Position numbers and translations under genes: made by a program. A stretch of 64,000 bases of DNA. Source: Candidatus Saccharimonadia bacterium (GTDB taxonomy: Bacteria; Patescibacteriota; SICC01). The notes beneath the pieces are model-generated. The model made no database searches and had not been told where the DNA came from. It worked only from the letters and a program-made list of their open reading frames with translations. Location of the stretch: positions 485,136-549,135 of the forward strand of contig JANWJF010000001.1 in NCBI GenBank assembly GCA_025449535.1, written 5' to 3'. Positions 1-8,784 of the stretch are shown here, one piece after another (the stretch's first letter is position 1; the number at the start of each line of letters is the position of its first letter).

Positions 1-1
1 C

Positions 2-118
2 TACATCGAGGTTCCCTGGCTGCAGCTGCAAGAAGGAGACCTGAAGGCATGCCGACTGGCCTACTGCGACCAGGAGCTCATCGACGAGCATCTCAAAATC
101 AAGCTGGCCGGCGAGTAG
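2..118 (+). CDS. C-terminal end of a CDS entering from the left edge (..YIEVPWLQLQEGDLKACRLAYCDQELIDEHLKIKLAGE*)
   Basis: Open frame 2 with GC3-rich codons ending at TAG 116-118, followed by a structured 3' region. Confidence 0.6.
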   Translation, partial: YIEVPWLQLQEGDLKACRLAYCDQELIDEHLKIKLAGE

Positions 119-124
119 GCGTTT

Positions 125-187
125 GGGTGGTTGCGGCATACGGGGGCCTCGTCTTTGGTATTCACCTGACGAGGCTCCCTACCACCT
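125..187 (+). other. Long bulged hairpin after the partial CDS; likely 3' half of an RNA-framed unit
   Basis: GGGGGCCTCGTC 142-153 pairs with GACGAGGCTCCC 168-179; GGGTGGT 125-131 pairs with ACCACCT 181-187. Confidence 0.6.
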
Positions 188-237
188 GACTGAATGGCGG
201 ATATGACAATCTTCTAGTCTCTCGAAGACTTGCTAGG

Positions 238-597
238 CTAATCTTTGCCGAACTCCTCAGTTAGCAGCCGCGCGATCTCGATCGCGGCCGCCAGGTAGTG
301 CAGGTCGATTCCGTCGAGCAGCGCCTCGGGGCCTTGGTCGATGACAATCTCGCCGGACGGATGCTCCGCCAGGTCGATTTCGCCCGCCGTCAGCACCGCC
401 ACCTCGGCCAGGCCGGCTTCCTCGTCGAGTTCGTACGTGTCCGATCCGTCCTCCTTCGGTCGCTTCGGCCGTCTCGGCGGCTTCCGCTCCGCCCGGAAGA
501 GTTCAAAAAACGCTCCCGAGTCGGAGCGTTCGTAATCCTCGATGGCGCCGGTGACGCCTACGTCTATGGCGTCTAAGTGGTGTTCGATCTCGCGCAT
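238..597 (-). CDS. Hypothetical acidic protein, 119 aa
   Basis: ORF with SD GAAAGGA and a consensus promoter upstream. Confidence 0.75.
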   Translation of the reverse strand: MREIEHHLDAIDVGVTGAIEDYERSDSGAFFELFRAERKPPRRPKRPKEDGSDTYELDEEAGLAEVAVLTAGEIDLAEHPSGEIVIDQGPEALLDGIDLHYLAAAIEIARLLTEEFGKD

Positions 598-619
598 CGG
601 GTTCCTTTCATGGCATCCG

Positions 620-648
620 ATGGTAACGAATAATCATATGGTTGTCAA
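620..648 (-). promoter_or_regulatory. Sigma70-type promoter TTGACA-N17-TACCAT
   Basis: Perfect -35, 17-nt spacer and -10 on the minus strand upstream of the 597 start. Confidence 0.7.
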
Positions 649-653
649 GTATT

Positions 654-1580
654 CTACCGACCCACGTAATACGCGAAGATGTCCCGGGACGCCTCGGCGA
701 TTCGGCCGTGCACCTCCTCGACCTTGCCGCGGAGTCCCTCGGTGAAGATCGCCACGGCGTAGGACTTGCCCCGGTAGCGGACGATGCCGACGTCGTGCTG
801 GCCGCCGTTGAAGGCGTCTCCGGTCTTGTGATAGACCCGGGTGTCCTTCGGGAGGAGCGCCGGGATACGTTCCTCGTACTCGCTGTGGTCCAGGATGCCG
901 ATCAGCTCCTCGGTGAGGAACTCGTCGGCCAGGAGGCCCCGTTGGAGCCGGTCCATGAACCGCAGCATGTCTCGCGGCGTGGTCGTGTTCTCGGTCACCG
1001 AGGTGTCGGCCAGGCCCTGGTCGTTGGCGAACCGTTGGAGCTTCGCCTTGTCGAGCCGGGTCGCTAGGACGTAGGCGGCGGTGTTGTCGGACTTCTCCAT
1101 CATCAGTCGGGCCAGCTCCCGCCAACTGTACCGGTGCGGCGCGGGCTTGTTCTGGATGACGCCGGTGCCGTAGCGTTGGATCTCGTCCGGCGCCAACGTC
1201 AGGACCTCGTCGAGGTCGAACCGGTTGTTGGAAGCCTCGTGGTACATGAACCCGACGATCACCAACTTGGTCGTCGAGGCGGCGTCGTATACCCGGTCCG
1301 CGCCGAGCAGGAACTCCTTCCCGGTCTCCAGGTCGCGGGCAGCGATGCCGATCCGACCCTCCCCGAGATTCTGGGCGATCCGGATCGTCAGGTCGCGTTG
1401 CGAGTCGACGTTCGGGAGGCCGTCGTCCGCGACCGCCGGCTCCGCCGGGCGCGTCGGCTGCTGGGGCGGGGACAGGAGCAGGGACAGCCCGACCGCGACT
1501 ATCGCGACCGCCAGGTACTGCCGCTTCGAACCCCGTCGTACAGCCTTTTTCCTCTCCGGGCTGATGTGTGTTTCATCCAC
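654..1580 (-). CDS. Membrane-anchored class A beta-lactamase-like serine hydrolase
   Basis: SxxK (ASTTK), SDN and HKTG motifs; N-terminal TM; TATAAT 6 nt before GTG. Confidence 0.9.
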   Translation of the reverse strand: MDETHISPERKKAVRRGSKRQYLAVAIVAVGLSLLLSPPQQPTRPAEPAVADDGLPNVDSQRDLTIRIAQNLGEGRIGIAARDLETGKEFLLGADRVYDAASTTKLVIVGFMYHEASNNRFDLDEVLTLAPDEIQRYGTGVIQNKPAPHRYSWRELARLMMEKSDNTAAYVLATRLDKAKLQRFANDQGLADTSVTENTTTPRDMLRFMDRLQRGLLADEFLTEELIGILDHSEYEERIPALLPKDTRVYHKTGDAFNGGQHDVGIVRYRGKSYAVAIFTEGLRGKVEEVHGRIAEASRDIFAYYVGR

Positions 1581-1619
1581 GAGGTCATTATACTTTTAGA
1601 TGCGCCCGATGGCGCACTC

Positions 1620-1694
1620 TCCGGAGTAGCTCAGCGGTAGAGCAACCGGCTGTTAACCGGTAGGCCGTCGGTTCGAATCCGACCTCCGGAGCCA
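1620..1694 (+). tRNA. tRNA-Asn(GTT)
   Basis: TCCGGAG/CTCCGGA acceptor stem, anticodon arm ACCGG-CTGTTAA-CCGGT, GTTCGAATC T-loop, encoded CCA. Confidence 0.97.
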
Positions 1695-1734
1695 CGCGTA
1701 AGTGCTTTCAACTAATGTTTAGAAAGGCTCAACT

Positions 1735-1923
1735 ATGCAAAAGATCGCTACCCGAATTTTCATCTGTGCTTCGCTCGCGTTTGGCGTATTGGGAATCTCG
1801 GTTGTCCTTACCCGGCCCGAGGATGATTCGCTGCTCTCCAAGCTCCTGTTTATTACGGTCTTCATCATCCTGCCGTCGTTCGCCCTGAGTGTTGCCGGTA
1901 AGTACTTGAACGATAAGTCTTAG
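1735..1923 (+). CDS. Small 2-TM membrane protein, 62 aa
   Basis: Two hydrophobic segments; SD GAAAGG. Confidence 0.75.
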   Translation: MQKIATRIFICASLAFGVLGISVVLTRPEDDSLLSKLLFITVFIILPSFALSVAGKYLNDKS

Positions 1924-1956
1924 TTCGAACATAGTACGCTTTGCGGAGCAAAGACC

Positions 1957-2313
1957 TTACGATTCCTTCCTTAGGATATTCTTCATCGCCTTGCCCCTCG
2001 CCAACTCATCAATCAACTTATCTAGGTAGCGGACTTCCTGCATGAGCGGTTCTTTGATATCTTCCACTCGGATACCGCAAATTACGCCTGTTATCAAAGT
2101 TCGCGACGGATTTAGCCGAGGAGCTTTCGCGAAGAAAGTCTCGAAGTCAGTCCGTTCTTCCAGTCGCGCTTCCAGCTCTTTCTGGCTGTACCCCGTCAGC
2201 CAACGGATGATTTCATCGACTTCTGCCTTTGTGCGATCCTTTTTCTCTGCCTTGGCAACGTAGTACGGGTAGACGCTGGCGACGCTCATTGTGTAGATCC
2301 GATGCTTTGTCAT
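1957..2313 (-). CDS. DUF2200 family protein
   Basis: Typical sequence [46 protein letters not shown]. Confidence 0.9.
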   Translation of the reverse strand: MTKHRIYTMSVASVYPYYVAKAEKKDRTKAEVDEIIRWLTGYSQKELEARLEERTDFETFFAKAPRLNPSRTLITGVICGIRVEDIKEPLMQEVRYLDKLIDELARGKAMKNILRKES

Positions 2314-2326
2314 GGCCCTTTTGCTC

Positions 2327-2635
2327 CTAAGACTTTTTTGATCGCTTACTAAGCGCCCACCGCGCCGAAGGACTCATGGGCTTGTCCTTCCGATGGATGC
2401 AGCCGATCCAACAGCAGGGTCGGCGCTTTCCTTCCTTGAGCTCCTTGACGGTCCGTTCGACGTGTTGCCTTCTCGTCTCCGCTTGTTTGACGAACGTCGT
2501 CCAGCAGATCCATTCGTTGCGGGCCAGTGGCGTCAGGTCGTTCCAAGCCGCTAACGCGGCCGGATCGGAAGCAAGCGATTTTCGCAAATCCGTTGGTACG
2601 TTATGAACGGTACCGCTGGAAATTCTTTTGCTCAT
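2327..2635 (-). CDS. YdeI/OmpD-associated family protein
   Basis: [34 protein letters not shown] pattern. Confidence 0.85.
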   Translation of the reverse strand: MSKRISSGTVHNVPTDLRKSLASDPAALAAWNDLTPLARNEWICWTTFVKQAETRRQHVERTVKELKEGKRRPCCWIGCIHRKDKPMSPSARWALSKRSKKS

Positions 2636-2781
2636 AGGCTCATTCTAGGAATTTTTTGGATTAGAAACATCCGCTCATTGCCCCGGCAGGGTCGATTCCC
2701 CTGGCGAGCGAGGGCGCCGCTTGTCCGCTACTTGAAAAAGTGGCTTATTCATGGTATTATTACGCAATTTTCGTATACACC

Positions 2782-3327
2782 ATGTCTGCCGAAACACCCA
2801 AACCGAACGCCGTGGAACGCGAGACGCCCGCCGAGCGGAAAGCCGCGTACGCAGAATTTCGTAGCTCACTTGCCGACCGATTCGTGTTTCACGGCGAGCG
2901 CGCGGTGGAATACTCAAACTTAGCTGTTGATGTCCGCCAGCTCGGCGAACTGCTCAAGGACGGCCGATTCAGTTACGTCGAGGTCGAGATGTCCGAAGAT
3001 CCGCAGTCTGGTGAAGCCAAGCTCGACAAGGTTAGTATGCTGGTTCCAGACACGGAGACCGGTGATTACAAGGACGGTGCGACCATTTACGAGGCGTACT
3101 TGCCAGTCGGTGAGGTCCGTAAGTTCGAGTTACACCGCAACCTATCCTTTGGAGAGACCCAGCGGGCCGAAGCAGGATCGGCCAAGGCGACGGCCATGAT
3201 GGTGATGACGGAAAGTACCATTCAACTGGCGAGGCGGGAGATCCTGATGGACAAGCCAGAAGGATACAAGGGAGAGCTAGCCAGCGTCGCCGAGGTCCGG
3301 AAGCTGCTGGGCAGCCTGCAAGGATAA
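2782..3327 (+). CDS. Hypothetical protein (start reassigned to MSAET)
   Basis: Long ORF with protein-like composition. Confidence 0.7.
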   Translation: MSAETPKPNAVERETPAERKAAYAEFRSSLADRFVFHGERAVEYSNLAVDVRQLGELLKDGRFSYVEVEMSEDPQSGEAKLDKVSMLVPDTETGDYKDGATIYEAYLPVGEVRKFELHRNLSFGETQRAEAGSAKATAMMVMTESTIQLARREILMDKPEGYKGELASVAEVRKLLGSLQG

Positions 3328-3349
3328 CAGGTCGTATAATGGGCCCGTC

Positions 3350-3832
3350 ATGGCTCGCAAGCGACCGAAGCACCCCACGGCCACGCTGCTGCGTGTCGGA
3401 TCCCTTCGCGTGAACCTGCTGAACGGACAGACCGACTGGCGGGAATACCTGGTCTGGCAGCTCGGCCTGCTGGCCGCGGCGCTTTCGCTGCTGGTGATAC
3501 TGCTCCTGCTCTGGCGGCCCGCAGCCGTGACGGAAGTAACCGCGCTCTATGTGCTGCTGGCGGCCCTGCCGGGAGTCGCTTTGGCCTCGGTCTCGCTCTG
3601 GTGGCTGATCAAGCGCGAGTACAGCCGCAGCAAGCGGTTCGCGTTGGCATTCCTGGTACTGTCAGCACTTACCGCCTCGCTGGTGGGTTTGGGGATGTTC
3701 GAAGCCGTGCCGGAAACGGGGTGGTTCGATTTGCTGCTCGTCGGTACCCTGCTGTATCTGATCGGCACCGGTGTGATCGGTCTGGTCATCTTCGTCCGCG
3801 GGGACGACGTCTCGCCGTGGTGGAAGCGGTGA
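3350..3832 (+). CDS. 4-TM membrane protein
   Basis: Four hydrophobic helices; TATAAT 9 nt before ATG. Confidence 0.75.
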   Translation: MARKRPKHPTATLLRVGSLRVNLLNGQTDWREYLVWQLGLLAAALSLLVILLLLWRPAAVTEVTALYVLLAALPGVALASVSLWWLIKREYSRSKRFALAFLVLSALTASLVGLGMFEAVPETGWFDLLLVGTLLYLIGTGVIGLVIFVRGDDVSPWWKR

Positions 3833-3849
3833 TATACTGACTCGTCATC

Positions 3850-4194
3850 ATGCCTGTCGCCGAACTGCATCTCGATAACCCGGAAATGGCCGAACGGTTA
3901 CGCAGCCGTCAGGATGAGTTCGCCGCGCTACTCGGCGTCGAACCGGAAACACTGCGCCACTTGGAGTTCTGTGACTGCTGCCATGGCGAAGACTGTTGGT
4001 GGGCAGACCTAACCGACGACGTGTTGGATTGGTACGGTCTCAACCTGGCTGATTACGACGAGTCATGCGAATACCGTGCCGATGTCGCCGGCGCCGAGTG
4101 CGGTCCCTGCGGTGGCACGGGCTTCAAGGGCGGCAGTTTCGATCTGACCGTTGAGCAGTGGCACCAGCTTGGCGGTCAGGACCGCAGCCTGTAG
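3850..4194 (+). CDS. Acidic Cys-rich putative zinc-binding protein
   Basis: CDCCHGED and CGPCGGTG (CxxCxGxG-like) motifs. Confidence 0.7.
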   Translation: MPVAELHLDNPEMAERLRSRQDEFAALLGVEPETLRHLEFCDCCHGEDCWWADLTDDVLDWYGLNLADYDESCEYRADVAGAECGPCGGTGFKGGSFDLTVEQWHQLGGQDRSL

Positions 4195-4943
4195 CCCGTC
4201 TGGAAGATCCGGTAATTCACTAGGAACATCACGACGCACCCTAGGAGGACCAACCCGAGCGAGAGCCAAGGGTCGACATCGGAGGCGCCGAGCATCCCAT
4301 GCCGGACCAGGTTAATCATGTAGAACAACGGGTTGAAGTGGCTGATCGTCTGGAAGACTTCCGGCAATAGGCTGACCGAATAGAAGACGCCGCCGAGGAA
4401 GATCAGCGGCTGGAGGATGAAGCTGGTGTATAGGCTGATCTGGTCGAACTGGTCGGCCAGCACGCCGGCCAGTACGCCGAGCAGCGCGAAGAACAGTCCG
4501 ACCGACAGCAGCCCGCCGAAGAACAGCACCGGGTCGGCCAGCGGCAAGTCGATCAGGAACGAGGCGGTGACCAGGGTGATCCCGGCGACGATCGAACCGC
4601 GGATCAATCCGCCGAGCGTGTATGCCGCCAGCAGTTCCAGTGAACTCAACGGGGAGGCCAGCTGGTCGTCGATCGCGCGCATGAACCGCATCTGGAACAG
4701 CGACGACGAGTTGTTCTCGAACGCTCCCATGGCCAGGGCCATCATCACCAGGCCGGGAAGGATGAAGACGATGTAGGAAAAGCCTTCGAGGTCGCCCACC
4801 CGGCTGCCGAGGGCCGCACCGAAGATCCCGATGTAGAGATAGGTGTTGAGGAGCGGGGTCAGCAGCGTTTGCCGCTTGATGTTCCAGTAGCGGGTGAACT
4901 CGCGCTTGAGGACCGTGCTGAAGCGGCGGAAATTGAAGGTCAC
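4176..4943 (-). CDS. ABC-2 type transporter permease (YadH-like)
   Basis: Six TM segments, FILPGL and FLGGVFYS motifs; GTG at 4943 overlaps the ATPase stop. Confidence 0.9.
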   Translation of the reverse strand: MTFNFRRFSTVLKREFTRYWNIKRQTLLTPLLNTYLYIGIFGAALGSRVGDLEGFSYIVFILPGLVMMALAMGAFENNSSSLFQMRFMRAIDDQLASPLSSLELLAAYTLGGLIRGSIVAGITLVTASFLIDLPLADPVLFFGGLLSVGLFFALLGVLAGVLADQFDQISLYTSFILQPLIFLGGVFYSVSLLPEVFQTISHFNPLFYMINLVRHGMLGASDVDPWLSLGLVLLGCVVMFLVNYRIFQTGYRLRS

Positions 4944-5734
4944 GGCGTCTCCTGTCCTTCCTCGTCCGCCTCGGCGGTCCGTTGCAGTTCCTCGCGTCCG
5001 ACCACCGAGAGGTAGACGTCCTCGAGTGTCTTCTTCTTGAACTTCTTCTTCAGCTCGGCGACCGTGCCGGTCTCGACGATCTTGCCGTGGTTGATCAGGG
5101 CGATCTGGTTGCAGAGCTGCTCCGCTTCCTCGATGTAGTGGGTGGTGAGGAGGATGGTCTTGCCCTCCTTGTTGACCTTCTTCATGTAGTGCCAGAGCTC
5201 GAGCCGGAGCTCCACGTCCACGCCAGCGGTCGGTTCGTCGAGGACCAGCATCTGCGGGTCGTGCATCAGGGCGCGGGCGATTACCAAGCGCCGCCGCATG
5301 CCGCCGGACAGCCCGCGCGGGTTCTGCTTGCGCTTGTCCTGCAGCGAGAACGCATCGAGGAGTTCCTCGATGCGTTTCTTGCGCAGCTTCTTCGGCATGC
5401 CGTAATACCCGCCGTGGTAGTCGAGCGTTTCCTCGACGCTGAGAAACCAATCCAGGCTCATCACTTCCTGCGGCGACAAGCCGACGTGCTGCCGGGCGAC
5501 CGTGGGGTCGGCCACCGCGTCGTCGCCGAACACCTTGATCGTGCCCTTGGTCGGGATGGTCAAGCCGCTCATGCAGTGGATCGTCGTGGACTTGCCGGCG
5601 CCGTTCGGGCCGAGCAACCCGTAGAAGTCACCCTGCTTGATGTTCAGGTCGATACCCCTGAGGGCGACGGTCTCCTTCTGGCCTTTCTGAGAGCGATAGG
5701 TCTTGCGGAGCTTCTTGATCTCGAGCGCGTCCAT
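4940..5734 (-). CDS. ABC transporter ATP-binding protein (YadG-like)
   Basis: Walker A GPNGAGKST, signature LSGG, Walker B VLDEPT, TTH switch. Confidence 0.95.
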   Translation of the reverse strand: MDALEIKKLRKTYRSQKGQKETVALRGIDLNIKQGDFYGLLGPNGAGKSTTIHCMSGLTIPTKGTIKVFGDDAVADPTVARQHVGLSPQEVMSLDWFLSVEETLDYHGGYYGMPKKLRKKRIEELLDAFSLQDKRKQNPRGLSGGMRRRLVIARALMHDPQMLVLDEPTAGVDVELRLELWHYMKKVNKEGKTILLTTHYIEEAEQLCNQIALINHGKIVETGTVAELKKKFKKKTLEDVYLSVVGREELQRTAEADEEGQETP

Positions 5735-5790
5735 ACCGGTCCAGTATAGTCCTTCGCGCGGCCCGCGGCCCCGGCGTCTATACTGAAACC

Positions 5791-6345
5791 ATGCCGCGCA
5801 TCTACACCCGGACCGGCGACAAGGGACTGACCAGCCTCTACGGCGGACAGCGGATTCCCAAGCACCGGGTGCGTCTGGACGTGGTCGGGACGCTCGACGA
5901 GCTGAACGCGATGCTCGGGCTGGCCTTGTCCGAAATCACGCAGAAGGACATCGTCGGGCCGTTGACCGAGGTCCAGAACCTGCTGCTGAACATCGGCGCC
6001 GAGGTCGCCGAAGGCGGCACCAAGGCCAAGAAGATGATCGACGACTCGCTGCGGATCAACCCGATGCACGTGGCGACGCTGGAACGCTGGATCGATTCGT
6101 TCGAGCAGGACGTGCCGCCGCTGACGACGTTCATCCTGCCCGGCGGGTCGCCGGCCGGAGCCCGGTTGCACCTGGCCCGGGCGGTCTGCCGCCGCGCGGA
6201 GCGCCGGCTGGCGGAACTCTCGGAGAAAGAGGGCGCCAACCCCGCCAGCCTGATGTATCTCAACCGTCTGTCCGACTTCCTGTTCGTCCTCGCCCGGACC
6301 GTGAACCACGCCGCCAAGGCGACCGAACGGACCTGGAAGAAGTGA
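5791..6345 (+). CDS. PduO-type cob(I)yrinic acid a,c-diamide adenosyltransferase
   Basis: IYTRTGDKG.T, GTLDELNA, FILPGG, RRAER and YLNRLSD motifs. Confidence 0.93.
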   Translation: MPRIYTRTGDKGLTSLYGGQRIPKHRVRLDVVGTLDELNAMLGLALSEITQKDIVGPLTEVQNLLLNIGAEVAEGGTKAKKMIDDSLRINPMHVATLERWIDSFEQDVPPLTTFILPGGSPAGARLHLARAVCRRAERRLAELSEKEGANPASLMYLNRLSDFLFVLARTVNHAAKATERTWKK

Positions 6346-6431
6346 CGCGTGGAACCTGCCGCAGTCGCTTGCCCACGGATAACCGAGGGAGCATACTGGC
6401 GTCGAGATTCGACGGAAGGAGGTGATGGAAA

Positions 6432-6848
6432 GTGGAATCAGTCATCGATCAGATCGAAGTGAACTACTGGGCGGTCCTCGCCTCGGGCGTCGGCGCGATG
6501 GTGGTCGGAGCCATCTGGTATAACGTCTTTTCCAAGCCGTGGCTCAAGGGCGTCGGGTTGACCGAGATGAAGGCGAAGAACGGCAGCAACTTGGTCTATC
6601 TGTGGTCGTTTTTCTGCATGCTGGTGATCGCCTACGTGCTGGCGCACGTGGTCGGCTTGGCCGAAGCGGACGACGTCACGGAAGGCCTGGCCACCGGAGC
6701 CTGGATGTGGCTCGGGTTCGCCGCCACGACGACGGCGATCAACTACCTGTATCAGCAGAAATCGCTGAAACTGTACGCGATCGACGCGGGTTACATGCTG
6801 CTGGTCTTCTTGCTCAGCGGCGCGATCCTTGCCAACTGGCCGGTATAG
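6432..6848 (+). CDS. DUF1761 family membrane protein
   Basis: NYWAV..GAIWY..F.KPW..IDAGY pattern; 4 TM. Confidence 0.85.
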   Translation: MESVIDQIEVNYWAVLASGVGAMVVGAIWYNVFSKPWLKGVGLTEMKAKNGSNLVYLWSFFCMLVIAYVLAHVVGLAEADDVTEGLATGAWMWLGFAATTTAINYLYQQKSLKLYAIDAGYMLLVFLLSGAILANWPV

Positions 6849-6857
6849 TCCTCACGA

Positions 6858-6889
6858 CAAAGGGCCTTCCGCAGAGGGCCTTTTGTTTT
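6858..6889 (+). terminator. Rho-independent terminator
   Basis: AAAGGGCCTTC-cgca-GAGGGCCTTTT followed by a T-rich tail. Confidence 0.75.
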
Positions 6890-6951
6890 GTCGATTCTGC
6901 CAATGACCTGCGCGCCCGGTACACTAAGGTACGTAACCGAAGGAGGACTCC

Positions 6952-7545
6952 ATGGCCGATTACCAAGCGCAGCCGTACGACGAGAAGCTCGACAAGCTGA
7001 CGGGCATCTCGAAGGAGACCAACCGTGCTCACTACGGGCTTTACGAGAAGTACGTGGCGCAGTACAACCGCGCGACGAAGGATCTCAAAGAGGCGGACAA
7101 GTCCGATGCCAACCAGATCTACTCCTGGTACCGCAGCGCCGCGGTGGACCTGACCTTCGCGATCGGCGGCGTCAAGAACCACGAGATCTACTTCGGCCAC
7201 CTCGGCGGGGACGGCTCGCCCGTGGATGGAGGCTTCCAGAAGCAGGTCGCCAAGGACTTCGGCAGCTGGGACGACTACGTCGCCGACCTCAAGGCGGCCG
7301 GCATGGCGGCCCGCGGCTGGGCCTGGACGGCCTGGGACGACGACTTCGGCAAGCTCATGAACGTCGTCGGGGACGCTCAGAACACCTTCCCGGTCTGGAA
7401 CGCCCATCCGGTGGTGGCGCTGGACGTGTACGAACACGCCTACATGGCGGACTTCTCCACCGCCCGGCCGAAGTACATCGACGCGTTCCTCGCGAACCTG
7501 GACTGGTCGGTGGTCGAGGAATCGTTCAAGAAGATCCACGCCTGA
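6952..7545 (+). CDS. Fe/Mn superoxide dismutase
   Basis: Metal ligands in AHYG, NHEIYF and DVYEHAY. Confidence 0.93.
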   Translation: MADYQAQPYDEKLDKLTGISKETNRAHYGLYEKYVAQYNRATKDLKEADKSDANQIYSWYRSAAVDLTFAIGGVKNHEIYFGHLGGDGSPVDGGFQKQVAKDFGSWDDYVADLKAAGMAARGWAWTAWDDDFGKLMNVVGDAQNTFPVWNAHPVVALDVYEHAYMADFSTARPKYIDAFLANLDWSVVEESFKKIHA

Positions 7546-7622
7546 GCCACGCGCTTGCGCTCGCTTGCCGTCGAGGTTATGGTGACCTCGTAAAAACAAA
7601 ACTAACCTCGTAAGGAGGGTAC

Positions 7623-8273
7623 ATGGCGCAAGACAAAGCCGTGAAACGCAGCGTGCTGCGGACACTCGGACTGACTATCATCACGTCCGGGTTGTACATG
7701 TTCTATTGGTTCTACGTGACCAAGAACCAGCTGAAGCAGGAACTGAAGACGGACGACAACGTCGGCCTGCAGACCGTGGGATTGATCGTCCCGATCCTGA
7801 ACGCGTTCATCGTCTACTGGCTGTACCGGGACATCAACAAGGCACGGGACTCGAAGAAGCTCGAGACCTTCCCGGCCGGCTGGTACGTGGGCGTCCCGTA
7901 CATCCTGATCGCGATCGCCTTCGCGATCGGATTCGGCTCGTTCTTCTCCTTCATCGGCAGCGTCGTTGGCAACGACACCGGCGGCGCCGTGGCTGCCACC
8001 GGCGGACTGGTCCTGGCGTTGCTGTTCGCCTTCGCGGGAGGCATTTCCCACTACGTCTTCTGGGGCTTGGCCGTCAGCAAGCTCAACCAGTATTGGGACA
8101 AGGTCGGCAGGACCACGGCCAAATTCTCCACCGGCGAGATCGTCATTGTGGTTCTTGGTCTCGTGCTCGGCTACTTCAACGCGACGATGGATCGTACGGC
8201 CAACACCACCGAGAGCGACCAACAGCTGGAACAGCTCCAGCAGGAACTCGACAAGTACGACACCAAGTACTGA
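7623..8273 (+). CDS. DUF4234-like membrane protein
   Basis: KRS..LTIITSGLY..YW.Y and internal YWLY repeat; SD AAGGAGG. Confidence 0.75.
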   Translation: MAQDKAVKRSVLRTLGLTIITSGLYMFYWFYVTKNQLKQELKTDDNVGLQTVGLIVPILNAFIVYWLYRDINKARDSKKLETFPAGWYVGVPYILIAIAFAIGFGSFFSFIGSVVGNDTGGAVAATGGLVLALLFAFAGGISHYVFWGLAVSKLNQYWDKVGRTTAKFSTGEIVIVVLGLVLGYFNATMDRTANTTESDQQLEQLQQELDKYDTKY

Positions 8274-8324
8274 TCCGAACCTGGCTTACCCGATGCGCGC
8301 CGCCAAGCGGCGCGTTTTCGGTAA

Positions 8325-8717
8325 TTAGCGCCCTGCCGGCTGCCAGCCGACCCGGGCCAATCCTTGGGTGACGCCGCAAACCGCGTCGCCGACTTCCTGG
8401 ACGGTGATCGAGTGCTCGCCGGCGATCGTCGATACCTCCTCGCGCCCTTCCTCATGGAAGCCGTAGAACTGTTCGAAGATCCGCCTGTCCCGTTCGCTCA
8501 CGCCCGCCTCGCGCATCGCCGCTCGCAGCTCGGACAACCGTCGCCGGTGCTCGTCGAAAGCCGCCCAGCGTTCGTCCCCCACCTCCGGTCGGCGCTCCAG
8601 GAACTCACGGTCCCGGTCCGCCAGGTAGGAGAGGTCGCCGCTTACCCGCGGGTCGCCCACGACCCCGCGGTCACGCTCGGCGACGCCTTCGGATCCTCGT
8701 TGTTCCGATTCACTCAT
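8325..8717 (-). CDS. Hypothetical protein with a sigma70 region-4-like C-terminal HTH
   Basis: SERDRRIFEQFYG..STIAGEHSITVQEV resembles region 4. Confidence 0.6.
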   Translation of the reverse strand: MSESEQRGSEGVAERDRGVVGDPRVSGDLSYLADRDREFLERRPEVGDERWAAFDEHRRRLSELRAAMREAGVSERDRRIFEQFYGFHEEGREEVSTIAGEHSITVQEVGDAVCGVTQGLARVGWQPAGR

Positions 8718-8784
8718 GGCTAACCGGAAATCCTACCGCCGTGCTCGTGGGGCGTCAAGCGCCGTCCGGCGGTAGAATGACGGC

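Noticed and set aside
6412-6871. CGGAAGG (leader) with CCTTCCG (trailer) around the DUF1761 gene
   Set aside because: Only 7 bp, and the trailer is explained by a normal terminator.
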